NCBI GenBank assembly: GCA_040954595.2
Contig: CM082581.2
Span: 558,001-622,000, forward strand
Direction of reading: 5' to 3'
Length of the DNA stretch: 64,000 bases
Origin: Balanoglossus misakiensis
Lineage: Eukaryota; Animalia; Hemichordata
The translations under genes were made by a program, and so were the position numbers. Shown piece after piece: positions 51,919 through 64,000 of this stretch. Each line of letters begins with the position of its first letter. Position 1 is the stretch's first letter. The notes under the pieces are model-generated. The model did not search any database and had not been told where the DNA came from. It saw only the letters and a program-made list of their open reading frames with translations.

Positions 51919-54463
51919 AGAGATATTGACGGAATTCAAGAAAAAATAGCCATTTTGGCCATATTTTGATAAAAATGGTAAATTTTTAAAAAAATCATAA
52001 AAAATTAACTCTTTTCTTCATTTTCGGAAATATTATGGAGCATGAAGTGTCGTTCTCTTGAAAAAAGTGCTGCAAATTCCAGAAAAGGCGGTATAATTTG
52101 AATCACCCAAGACAAAATAACCATTTTCGACTTTTTTCGAAATATTGTCTTTTTTACAAAATAAATAAGAATAAATTCTTTTCTTAGTTTCAAACGGGTA
52201 GAGATACTTTCCACACGGGTTTTCTAACATTGAATTCCCGTTCATCAACTCAGATTTCCTACAGCATAAGTCGGCTAAAACCCTGACACTCTAGAGCAGA
52301 AACAGTTGCACACTGGTAACGTTGAACAAGTCGATTTTTCTACGGCCTGGCTCGGCTAAATCGCCGTCACAATATGACAAACACTAGCGTACGTTAGCAA
52401 CAGTGATCAAGTCAGATTTTCTACGGCATGGCTTGGATAAAGCACCGGCACTCTAGAGCAGAAACACGCGTACAGAGACCACGTTGATCAAGTCTGTTCT
52501 CCTACGGCTTGGCTCGACTAAAACCCCGGCACACTATGACAGACACTAGCGTTCGTTAGCAACGTTGATCAAGTCAGATTTCCTACGGCATGGCTTGGCT
52601 AAAGCCCTGGCACTCTAGAGCAGAAACACGCCTACAGAGACCACGTTGATCTACTCACATTTCCTTCCGCCTGGCACGGCTGATGCCCCGGCACTATATA
52701 TAGGACACAGACTGGCGTATGTTAACAACGGTAATCACGACGGGTTTCCTACGGCCTGGCTCAGCTGAAGCCCCGGCACTCTAGAGCAGAAAAAGGCGTA
52801 CAGAGACCACGTTGATCAAGTCTGATCTCCTACGGCTTGGCTCGACTAAAACCCCGGCACACTATGACAGACACTAGCGTTCGTTAGCAACGTTGATCAA
52901 GTCAGATTTCCTACGGCTTGGCTTGGCTAAAACCCTGGCACTCTAGAGCAGAAACACGCGTACAGAGACCACGTTAATCTACTCACATTTCCTTCGGCCT
53001 GGCACGGCTGATGCCCCGGCACTATATATAGGACACAGACTGGCGTAAGTTAACAACGGTAATCACGTCGGGTTTCCTACGGCCTGGCTCAGCTGAAGCC
53101 CCGGCACTCTAGAGCAGAAACAGGCGTACATTGACAACGTTGATCAAGTCAGATTTCGTACGGCGTGACTCGGCTGGTGCACCGGCTCTATATGACACAG
53201 ACTCGAGAATCATATCCAGTAAACGCAAAGGCGCTGTTGCTGCTAAAATCAACGTATCCTTTCACCAGGCTAAGCTTTTGCTTGAGTCTAGTTTCTGGCC
53301 ACCAAATGTATTTTGTAGACAGTGGCTAGGTGAACAAAATTTTTCAGAGAGTCAATTAAACCGTATACAAAGAAAAAACGACTCCACAGATGTTGATAGA
53401 TTCGTTCAATAATTTTATTTTTCTGAATCTGTGGATTTATTGTATTTCAATGACTTCTGTAGAAGCGGAACAATTGTTAAACTCTGATTGTTATAGGAAA
53501 TGTAATTCATATTCTTACTGAGTTCTGCAACTTGGTTAGTAATACACCTATTTCTACATTCTCTATATCTCATTGTAATATCCGGTCCCTCAGTCGAAAC
53601 TTTCATGAATTTAAATTGTTATATGAGTCACTTGATGAATCAAAAATCAAAGTTATAGCATTATCAGAGATCTGGCAGGTTCAAAATAAAGAGCTTTATT
53701 GTTTAGAAGGCTATCATTTGGAAAGAAAATGTCGAAATGACCAGCGGGGTGGGGGAGTTGGGGCATTTATAGACTCATCTTTGAATTATACCTCCATTGA
53801 AGCGACTGTAAATCATTCTGAATCTATCTGGCTCAAATTTGACTTGCCAAAGAAGAAATCACTCATTCTTGGAGTAGTGTATAGGAAACCAAACACTAAT
53901 ATAGGCGAATTCCTTGAAAGTCTTGAATCTGTATTGACTGATATTGACCGCAAGAAGATGCAGTGCATACTTGTGGGTGACTTTAATGTAAATGCGTCTG
54001 ATTTAAATGCATATGAAACGGTTGATCTTAATAATAGTATGTCTTCTTTTAACCTAACTCAGATGATCACTGTGCCAACACATATATCAGATCATTCAAG
54101 AACGGTTATTGATCATATTTATACAAATATACATAGTCATTTTGTTAATTGTGGAACTATTGATGTTCATCTTGCTGACCATTTGCCTATATTTGCCATC
54201 TTTGAGGATCTTCGTATTTATTTCCAAAAACCAAAGAGTGTTACCTTCAGGGACTACCGTAATTTTAATATAGGTTTATTTCAAGATGAGTTAAGTAGTG
54301 TCAATTGGGCAGCTGTGTATGAGAGTACTGATGCTAATACAGCATATGACTCGTTTTTAACCATTTTCTCGAATATTTGTAATAAGCATGCTCCACTGCT
54401 TTCTAAAAAGCTTAGTTCAAAAAGAAAAATACGGAAACCATGGATAACTGCTGGAATAAAAAA

Positions 54464-56214
54464 TAGCGTCAAGGACACTGTGGTCCCATTTGAGGACATA
54501 GCACATAGCAACATAGCAATAAGCATATCTGCTCTGGATGCAAAGATATGGAAAAGTAGGTCAAAGGTCACCTGAGGTCAAGCAAAAAATTTGGGCAAGA
54601 AATTTTGACCCTATACTGGTCCATGTTCAACAAAAACCAAACCTATAGCCCTATTGGTTAGCCTGTAATTAGGTATGCACATAATTAATGAGATATGCAG
54701 GTGTCATAGGTGACCCCCAATTTTGGCTTTTCAATTTTAGTCCCAACCCTCAAAACGCGAAGTCTACCTGCTCTGGATGCCAAGATATGATAAAGTAGGT
54801 CAAAGGTCACCTGAGGTCATGCAAAATTTGGGCAAGAAATGTTGACCTTATACTGGTCCATGTTCAATAATAACCAAACCTATAGCCTTATTGGTTAGCC
54901 TGGAATTAGGTATGCACATAATTAATGAGATATGCAGGTGTCACAGGTGACCCCCAATTTTGGCTTTTCAATTTTAGTGCCAACCCTCCAAACGCCAAGT
55001 CTGTACCTGCTCTGGATGCCAAGATATGGTAAAGTAGGTCAAAGGTCACCTAAGGTCATGCAAAATTTGGGCAAGAAATTTTGACCCTATACTGGTCCAT
55101 GTTCAACAAAAACCAAACCTATAGCCTTATTGATTAGCCTGGAATTAGGTATGCACATAATTAATAAGATATGCAGGTGTCACAGGTGACCCCCAATTTT
55201 GGCTTTTCAATTTTAGTGCCAATCCTCCAAACGCCAAGTCTGTACCTGCTCTGGATGCCAAGATATGGAAAAGTAGGTCAAAGGTCACCTGAGGTCATGC
55301 AAAATTTGGGCAAGAAATTTTGACCCTATACTGGTCCATGTTCAACAAAAACCAAACCTATAGCCCTATTGGTTAGCCTGGAATTAGGTATGCACATAAT
55401 TAATGAGATATGCAGGTGTCACTGGTGACCCATATTTTGGCTTTTCAATTTTAGTCCCAACCCTCCAAACGCCAAGTCTGTACCTGCTCTGGATGCCGAG
55501 ATATAGGAAAGTAGGTCAAAGGTCACCTGAGGTCACCCAAAATTTGGGCAAAAAATTTTGACCCTATACTGGTCCATGTCCCACAAGAACGAAACCTCTA
55601 GCCCTATTAGTTAGCCCGGAATTAGGTATGCACATAATTAATGTGTTAAGAAGGTGTTACAGGTGAGCCCAAAAATTTGCCTTTTATTTTGGCCCCATTG
55701 TGCTCACTGACCAATAGACAGTCACTGTACAGGACTATTGCACAGACCAGAATTCCACAATAAGACGTGGACATAGCTTAACCATAGAGGTATAAGTAAA
55801 GGTATAAATTTAATAAAAAGACTAAAAAATTCATAAAAAATAAAACATCCATGATATCAACTTAACACTTACAGGTCGGTGTGAGGTTGACATAAGGTAC
55901 ATACATACCAATTTTCAAAGCAATCTGACCAGTAGTTGCTGACTTACAGAGTTTTGATCAATTTCACATTTTACAAGCATATTTGCATATTTTTGGGCCT
56001 GGCAACTTTGTTTGGACAAACTCCCATCTACAGCCCTGCCTGCACCTACACACCAAATATTGAGGTGATACGCGCAGCGGTTTTCAAGTTTTTGATGTGG
56101 ACGGACATACAGACATACATACATCCATCCATCCATCCATCCATCCATACATACATACAGACGCAACCCATCCCATAAGGTCCCATGGTATATAGGCCTA
56201 TACCAATGGGACCT
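54464..56214 (-). mobile_element. DINE-1/HINE-like element with ~240-bp internal tandem repeats and a tetranucleotide microsatellite
   Basis: Minus strand: 5' AGGTCCCATTGG..CCATGGGACCT hairpin, (GTAT/GGAT)n, 3' subTIR AATGGGACC plus stem-loop AGTGTC-CTT-GACGCT; inserted in an A/T run, and removal restores GIKK|SIDQK in LINE ORF2. Confidence 0.85.
56101..56162. repeat. (ACAT/CCAT)n microsatellite within HINE
   Basis: Directly visible. Confidence 0.95.
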
Positions 56215-58315
56215 AAAAAATCAATTGACCAGAAACACAAGCTCTACTCAAATGTCTTAAAAACTAATTATCGGCCAGACGTCTTTACAAAATACAAATG
56301 CTACCGGAACATGCTTACAAATATTCTGAAAAAGGCTAAGCAAGATTATTATTCTGACCAGTTTACATACTATCAAGCAGATACTAGTAAGACATAGAAA
56401 ATTATTAATGATATTTTGAGGGGTGGTGGTAAACATGTAAATCTACCAAGTAGTTTACAAATGTCTTCAGCTGGTCGGCAGACTACCCTGATCACCCATT
56501 GTGACATTGTCAATGGGTTTAATGAGTTTTTTGTCTAAATTGGAGAGGCTCTTGCTAGTAGTATAACTCATTCAAACAAAAGTTACTTGTTATACTTATC
56601 ACATTGTACATTGCATTCTTTTTTTCTTCAAGGAACCTCTGAACAAGAAGTTTTTAAATTACTTCAAGCATTAGATACGCGGAAGGCAGTGGGTTATGAC
56701 TACATTAGCCCAAAATTGTTAATCAATGCAGCATTATATATTTCTAAGCCTCTTAGTTATATTATCAATTTAACGATCACAACTTGAATTTTCCCAGATT
56801 CCTTAAAAATAGCAAAAGTGACTCCTATCTTCAAAAAAGGAGAGACGACTGATCCAGGTAATTTTAGACCAGTGTCTGTATTGCCACAAATTAGTAAAAT
56901 TTTTGAAAAACTTATTAATAAGCAAATTATTTCCTATTTTAACAAATTTGATTTACTGTACTTAATTATAGTACTAAATTGGCAATTGTGGAACTAGCAC
57001 AGAAAATTCTGGACGAAATTGATATGGGAAATAAGGTTAACAGGATATTTCTTGACTTGAAGAAAGCATTTGACACCGCGAATCATGACATTTTGATAGA
57101 CAAACTGGACAATTATGGTGTTAGGGGACTCCCTAAAAATCTTTTTAGAAGCTATTTGACCAACAGAAGGCAACATGTAAATGTAAATGGGGTACGATCA
57201 GATGAATTACAAATATCCTGTGGAGTTCCACAAGGTTCTGTGCTGGGTCCAACACTTTTTCTCATCTATGTAAATGATATAACAGGGGCAGCAAGGTATT
57301 TTGACACGCGTCTATTTGCAGACGATACCAGTCTATTTCATACATTTAATCCAAGAAATATAATAGATCTCTCAGAAGTTAATTCACAATTGAAAAATTT
57401 TATAAACTGGTGTGATGCCAACAAATTAACTGTACACTCAAAGAAAACTGAATATGTTATTTTTAGAGGTAAGAACGTGTCAGTAGAGACAACAGGAGAA
57501 ATTGATGTTAAAGGGGTAACAATAGACGAAGTACAAACAACTAAGTATATCGGTGTAGAAATAGACAATAAGTTAACATGGAAACATCACATTAGAAATG
57601 TAAACAGAACGATTAGTATGAAGACTGGTATTCTTTATAGGTTAAGGGATGTTGTCCCACGACATATTCTTATACTATTGTACAATTGTTTTATCCTCCC
57701 ACACATTTCCTATGCTATAGAAACTTGGGGAAATACTTATTTATCTTTTTTGAGGCCAATACTTGTTACACAGAAAAGAATTGTACGTGTATTGGCGGGA
57801 TCAGACCGTCTTGCACACTCTTCACCATTGTTTAATGAGTTACATATTTTGAATGTATACAAGCAACGTGATCTTCAACTGTCCTTGTTTGTTCATGATG
57901 CTCTTAATGGCAAGCTTCCACCAGGATTCTCAGAGTATTTCGTTCCTATTCAACACTCTTATCATACCAGATCAAAAGATATAGGTGATCTTTTTATTCC
58001 GAAATATAACAGTAATGCTGGCCAAAATTCCATAAAGTACACTGCAGCAAAGGTTTGGAATAAACTTCCTGAAAATATGCGCTCAACAAGGTCAAAATTT
58101 TCATTTAAGAAACATATGAAATCCTTGTTAGGAAAAGTATAGTTTGACTTTTATTTCTTCCTTTTGTATGTATTACTAACCAAGTGTTCTACTGTTCACC
58201 ATGAGGGGATGGACTTGACTAGTGCGAATGCACTATTTTTCCTACCTCCTTTTTCACTTAAATAGTACATTTTCTTTTTCACCATTCGATGTAAAAAAAT
58301 TGGAAGTGAAATAAA

Positions 58316-58317
<2 letters not shown>

Positions 58318-58350
<33 letters not shown>
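58318..58350 (+). repeat. (GATT)n LINE 3' tail
   Basis: About 8 copies directly after AATAAA. Confidence 0.95.
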
Positions 58351-58352
<2 letters not shown>

Positions 58353-61300
58353 CTGGCGTAAGTTATCAACGGTGATTACGTCGGATTTCCTACGGCCTGG
58401 TTTAGCTGAAGCCCCGGCACTTTAGAGCGGAAACACGCGTACATTGACCACGATGATCAAGTCAGATCTCCTACGGCCTGGCTCGACTAAAACCCCGGCA
58501 CACCATGACAGACACTAGCGTTCGTTAGCAACGGTGGTCAAGTCGGATTTCCTTCGGCCTGGCTCTGCAAAAGACCCGACACTCTAGTACAAAGACGTTG
58601 GCTAAGTCGGGCAAACCGAAGAGGGAAAGTCACAGCGGGTCAACACTCGACATTTGTTCGGGTAGGACTGCATTATTGCCTGTCAATTTATAGAGAAAGC
58701 CCGAATTTAACCAGGGCGCTTCAAACACCGACGTTAGTTGGGAGCACGGCCTGCAGTACTGCCGGGTAAGCTGACATCGGCATACCGCATATAATGTAGG
58801 GGGGGGGGGGAACAGAACGGTTCAATACTACATTTATTAGATATCAGCTAATTTTGGACAATCATCTAAAATCTAAATCATGTTTTCATATTTGGATATC
58901 TGATGATGTATGAAATTTCCATTATATGTAAAAATGGTGCTGATTATAAAAAATGCACTCTGAATGAGCTGATTTAATACAAGATTGCGTTTTATTCGTT
59001 TTTGCACCAAAAAGGTCATTTTAAGGCAAAACAGTCTTTATTTTTTTTAATTCGGTGACCTGATCATATATAAACAATTGCTTGTATGTTTAAAGTTTTT
59101 ATGACTTTTAAAAGCAGTGACACTGGCGGCATTCAACACGAAAATAACAATTTTAGCCACAATTTGGTCAAAATGGTAAATTTTTGAAAATTACAAAAAA
59201 TACCTGTTTTCTACATTTTCGGAAATCTGATGGAGTATAGAATGCTCTTCGTATGTATATATCGATAAAAATTCCACAAATGACCGTCTAATTTGGCTCA
59301 CTGCAGACAAAATTGCGTTTTACCAAATTTTCCTTGAAAATGTCATTTTTAGAAAAAGAAAAAAAAAAAAAAAAACCTTTGTTCTTCGAATTTGGTGCCC
59401 TGATCATATATGACATGTTGATTGTAAGTTAAGACTTTCGAACACTCCAAAAATGCAGAGATATTGACTGACTTCAAGAAAAAATAGCCATTTTGGCCAT
59501 ATTTTGTCAAAAATGGTAAATTTTTAAAAAATCATAAAAAATTAACTCTTTTCTTCATTTTCGGAAATATTATGGAGCATAAAGTGTCGTCCTCTTGTAA
59601 AAAGTGCTGCAAATTCCAGAAAAGGCGGTATAATTTGAATCATCCAAGACAAAATTACCATTTTCGACTTTTTTTCGAAAAATTGTCTTTTTTACAAAAT
59701 AAATAAGAATAAATTCTTTTCTTAGTTTCAAACGGGTAGAGATACTTTCCACACGGGTTTTCTAACATTGAATTCCCGTTCATCAACTCAGATTTCTTAC
59801 AGCATAAGTCGGCTAAAACCCTGACACTCTAGAGCAGTAACAGTTGCACACTGGTAACGTTGAACAAGTCGATTTTTCTACGGCTTGGCTCGGCTAAATC
59901 CCGCGTCACAATATGACAGACACTAGCGTAGGTTAGCAACGGTGATCAAGTCAGATTTTCTACGGCATGGCTTGGATAAAGCCCCGGCACTCTAGAGCAG
60001 AAACACGCGTACAGAGACCACGTTGATCAAGTCTGATCTCCTACGGCTTGGCTCGACTAAAACCCCGGCACACTATGACAGACACTAGCGTTCGTTAGCA
60101 ACGTTGATCAAGTCAGATTTCCTACGGCATGGCTTGGCTAAAGCCCTGGCACTCTAGAGCAGAAACACGCGTACAGAGACCACGTTGATCTACTCACTTT
60201 TCCTTCGGCCTGGCACGGCTGATGCCCCGGCACTATATATAGGACACAAACTGGCGTAAGTTAACAACGGTAATCACGTCGGGTTTCCTACGGCCTGGCT
60301 CAGCTGAAGCCCCGGCACTCTAGAGCAGAAACAGGCGTACATTGACCACGTTGATCAAGTAAGATTTCCTACGGCGTGACTCGGCTGGTGCACCGGCTCT
60401 ATATGACACAGACTGGCGTAAGTTATCAACGGTGATTACATCGGATTTCCTACGGCCTGGTTTAGCTGAAGCCCCGGCACTTTAGAGCGGAAACACGCGT
60501 ACATTGACCACGATGATCAAGTCAGATCTCCTACGGCCTGGCTCGACTAAAACCCCGGCACACCATGACAGACACTAGCGTTCGTTAGCAAAGGTGATCA
60601 AGTCGGATTTCCTTCGGCCTGGCTCTGCAAAAGACCCGACACTCTAGTACAAAGACGTTGGCTAAGTCGGGCAAACCGAAGAGGGAAAGTCACAGCAGGT
60701 CAACACTCGACATTTGTTCCGGTAGGACTGCATTATTGCCTGTCAATTTATAGAGAAAGCCCGAATTTAACCAGGGCGTTTCAAACACCGACGTTAGTTG
60801 GGGGCATGGCCTGCAGTACTGCCGGGTAGGCTGACATCAGCGTACCGCATATAATGTAGGGGGGGGGGGGGGAACAGAACGGTTCAATACTACATTTACC
60901 AGATATCAGCTAATTTTGGACAATCATCTAAAATGTATATCATCTTTTCATATTTGGATATCTGATGATGTATGAAATTTCCATTATATGTAAAAATGGT
61001 GCTGATTATAAAAAATGCACTCTGAATGAGCTGATTTAATACAAAATTACGTTTTATTCGTTTTTGCACCTAAAAGGTCATTTTTAGGCAAAACATTCTT
61101 TATTTTTGTAATTCGGTGACCTGATCATATATAAAGAATTGCTTGTATGTTAAAAGTTTTTATGATTTTTAAAAGCAGTGACACTGGCGGCATTCAACAC
61201 GAAAATAACAATTTTAGCCACAATTTGGTCAAAATGGTAAATTTTTGAAAATTACAAAAAATGCCTGTTTTCTACATTTTCGGAAATCTGATGGAGTATA

Positions 61301-64000
61301 GAATGCTCTTCGTATGTATATATCGATACAAATTCCACAAAAGACCGTCTAATTTGGCTCACTGCAGACAAAATTGCGTTTTACCAAATTTTCCTTGAAA
61401 ATGTCATTTTAGAAAAAAAATAAAAAACCTTTGTTCTTCGAATTTGGTGCCTGATCATATATGACATGTTGATTGTATGTTAAAACTTTCGGGCACTCCA
61501 AAAATGCTGAGATATTGACGGAATTCAAGAAAAAATAGCCATTTTGGCCATATTTTGACAAAAATGGTAAATTTTTAAAAAGCATAAAAAATTAACTCTT
61601 TTCTTCATTTTCGGAAATATTATGGAGCATGCAGTGTCGTTCTCTTGTAAAAAGTGCTGCAAATTCCAGAAAGGGCGGTATAATTTAAATCACCCAAGAC
61701 AAAATTACCATTTTCGACTTTTTTTTCGAAATATTGTCTTTTTTACAAAATAAATAAGAATAAATTATTTTATTAGTTTCAAACGGGTAGAGATACTTTC
61801 CACACAGGTTTTCTAACATTGAATTCCCGTTCATCAACTCAGAATTCCTACAGCATAAGTCGGCTAAAACCCTGACACTCTAGAGCAGAAACAGTTGCAC
61901 ACTGGTAACGTTGAACAAGTCGATTTTTCTACGGCCTGGCTCGGCTAAATCTCCGTCACAATATGACAGACACTAGCGTACGTTAGCAACGGTGATCAAG
62001 TCAGATTTTCTACAGCATGGCTTGGATAAAGCCCCGGCACTCTAGAGCAGAAACACGCGTACAGAGACCACGTTGATCAAGTCTGATCTCCTACGGCTTG
62101 GCTCGACTAAAACCCCGGCACACTATGACAGACACTAGCGTTCGTTAGCAACGTTGATCAAGTCAGATTTCCTACGGCATGGCTTGGCTAAAGCCCTGGC
62201 ACTCTAGAGCAGAAACACGCGTACAGAGACCACGTTGATCTACTCACATTTCCTTCGGCCTGGCACGGCTGATGCCCCGGCACTATATATAGGACACAGA
62301 CTGGCGTAAGTTAACAACGGTAATCACGTCGGGTTTCCTACGGCCTGGCTCAGCTGAAGACCCGGCACTCTAGAGCAGAAACAGGCGTACATTGACCACG
62401 TTGATCAAGTCAGATTTCCTACGGCGTGACTCGGCTGGTGCACCGGCTCTATATGACACAGACTGGCGTAAGTTATCAACGGTGATTACGTCGGATTTCC
62501 TACGGCCTGGTTTAGCTGAAGCACCGGCGCTTTAGAGCGGAAACACGCGTACATTGACCACGATGATCAAGTCAGATCTCCTACGGCCTGGCTCGACTAA
62601 AACCCCGGCACACCATGACAGACACTAGCGTTCGTTAGCAACGGTGATCAAGTCGGATTTCTTTCGGCCTGGCTCTGCAAAAGACCCGACACTCTAGTAC
62701 AAAGACGATGGCTAAGTCGGGCAAACCGAAGAGGGAAAGTCACAGCGGGTCAACACTCGACATTTGTTCGGGTAGGACTGCATTATTGCCTGTCAATTTA
62801 TAGAGAGAGCCCGAATTTAACCAGGGCGTTTCAAACACCGACGTTAGTTGGGGGCACGGCCTTCAGTACTGCCGGGTAAGCTGACATCGGCGTACCGCAT
62901 ATAATGTAGGGGGGGGGGGGGGGTGACAGAACGGTTCAATACTACATTTATTAGATATCAGCTAATTTTGGACAATCATCTAAAATCTAAATCATTTTTT
63001 CATATTTGGATGTCTGATGATGTATGAAATTTCCATTATATGTAAAAAAGGTGCTGATTATAAAAAATGCACTCTGAATGAACTGATTTAATACAAGATT
63101 GCATTTTATTCGTTTTTGCACCAAAAAGGTCATTTTTAGGCAAAACATTCTTTATTTTATTAATTCGGTGACCTGATCATATATAAACAATTGCTTGTAT
63201 GTTAAAAGTTTTTATGACTTTTAAAAGCAGTGACACTGGCGGCATTCATCACGAAAATAACAATTTTAGCCACAATTTGGTCAAAAATGGTAAATTTTTG
63301 AAAATTACGAAAAATACCTGTTTTCTACATTTTCGGAAATCTGATGGAGTTTAGAATGCTCTTCGTATGTATATATCGATACAAATTCCACAAAAGACCG
63401 TCTAATTTGGCTCACTGCAGACAAAATTGCGTTTTACCAAATTTTCCTTGAAAATGTCATTTTAGAAAAAAAAATAAAAAACCTTTGTTCTTCGAATTTG
63501 ATGCCCTGATCATATATGACATGTTCATTGTATGTTAAAGCTTTCGACCACTCCAAAAATGCTGAGATATTGACGGAATTCAAGAAAAAATAGCCATTTT
63601 GGCCATATTTTGGCAAAAATGGTAAATTTTAAAAAAATCTTTAAAAATTAACTGTTTTCTTCATTTTCGGAAATATTATGGAGCATGAAGTGTCGTTCTC
63701 TTGTAAAAAGTGCTGCAAATTCCAGAAAAGGCGGTATAATTTAAATCACCCAAGACAAAATTACCATTTTCGACTTTTTTTCGAAAAATTGTCTTTTTTT
63801 ACAAAATAAATAAGAATAAATTCTTTTCTTAGTTTCAAACGGGTAGAGATACCTTCCACACAGGTTTTCTAACATTGAATTCCCATTCATCAACTCAGAT
63901 TTCCTACAGCATAAGTCGGCTAAAACCCTGACACTCTAGAGCAGAAACAGTTGCTCACTGGTAACGTTGAACAAGTCGATTTTTCTACAGCCTGGCTCGG

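Larger units (their letters stand above)
53532..58142 (+). pseudogene. LINE ORF2 (endonuclease-reverse transcriptase), interrupted by a HINE and by stops
   Basis: NIRSL, SEIW, RGGGVG, VYRKPN, GDFN, IDHIY, ADHLP, KPWIT; FLDLKKAFDT, GVPQGSVLGP, LFADDT, KYIG; stops at ~56395, 56536, 56785 and loss of the QxGFR motif near 56960. Confidence 0.92.
53204..58350 (+). mobile_element. 5'-truncated CR1/L2-group (Crack/Daphne-like) LINE
   Basis: ORF1 C-terminal remnant (FWPPNVFCRQW), APE endonuclease plus RT ORF2, 3' UTR hairpin, AATAAA and (GATT)n tail; GACT duplicated at 53200-53203 and 58351-58354. Confidence 0.92.
51919..64000. repeat. Macrosatellite array, right block (interrupted by LINE; continues beyond window)
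   Basis: Same monomer; poly-G at ~58799, 60858, 62909; resumes in register after the AGA TSD. Confidence 0.97.

Noticed and set aside
53131-53412. 93-aa ORF as a real gene
   Set aside because: Chance read-through from satellite into the truncated LINE ORF1 remnant
53532-54575. Stand-alone 347-aa endonuclease gene
   Set aside because: It is the LINE ORF2 N-terminus; the last ~35 residues are read-through into the inserted HINE

Overview
Eukaryotic (metazoan, probably marine-invertebrate; inferred only from the TE types) heterochromatin-like window with no recognisable host gene. The backbone is a ~1.75-2.4 kb (modal ~2.05 kb) macrosatellite made of an AT-rich half, ~81-bp GC-richer subunits and a poly-G tract. 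It is interrupted by four insertions: the 3' part of a Gypsy LTR retrotransposon (1-4607), an internally deleted BEL/Pao element (9186-12593), a 26.7-kb element with ~1.2-kb TIRs, TAG...CTA ends and a 3-bp TSD, i.e. Academ-like (25263-51918), and a CR1/L2-group LINE (53204-58350). The Academ-like shell is deeply nested. It holds an L1/Tx1 relic, which is split by a stack of non-autonomous Helentron-like elements (HINEs) with ~180-bp internal repeats and an array of covarying terminal hairpins. One HINE carries a Kolobok DNA transposon (29770-42641, TTAA TSD) with a 14-exon, damaged and partly duplicated DDE transposase gene and an apparently intact convergent 4-exon KolX gene related to the P2X7 cytoplasmic ballast domain. 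All family assignments come from motif and structure recognition by eye; no searches were run.
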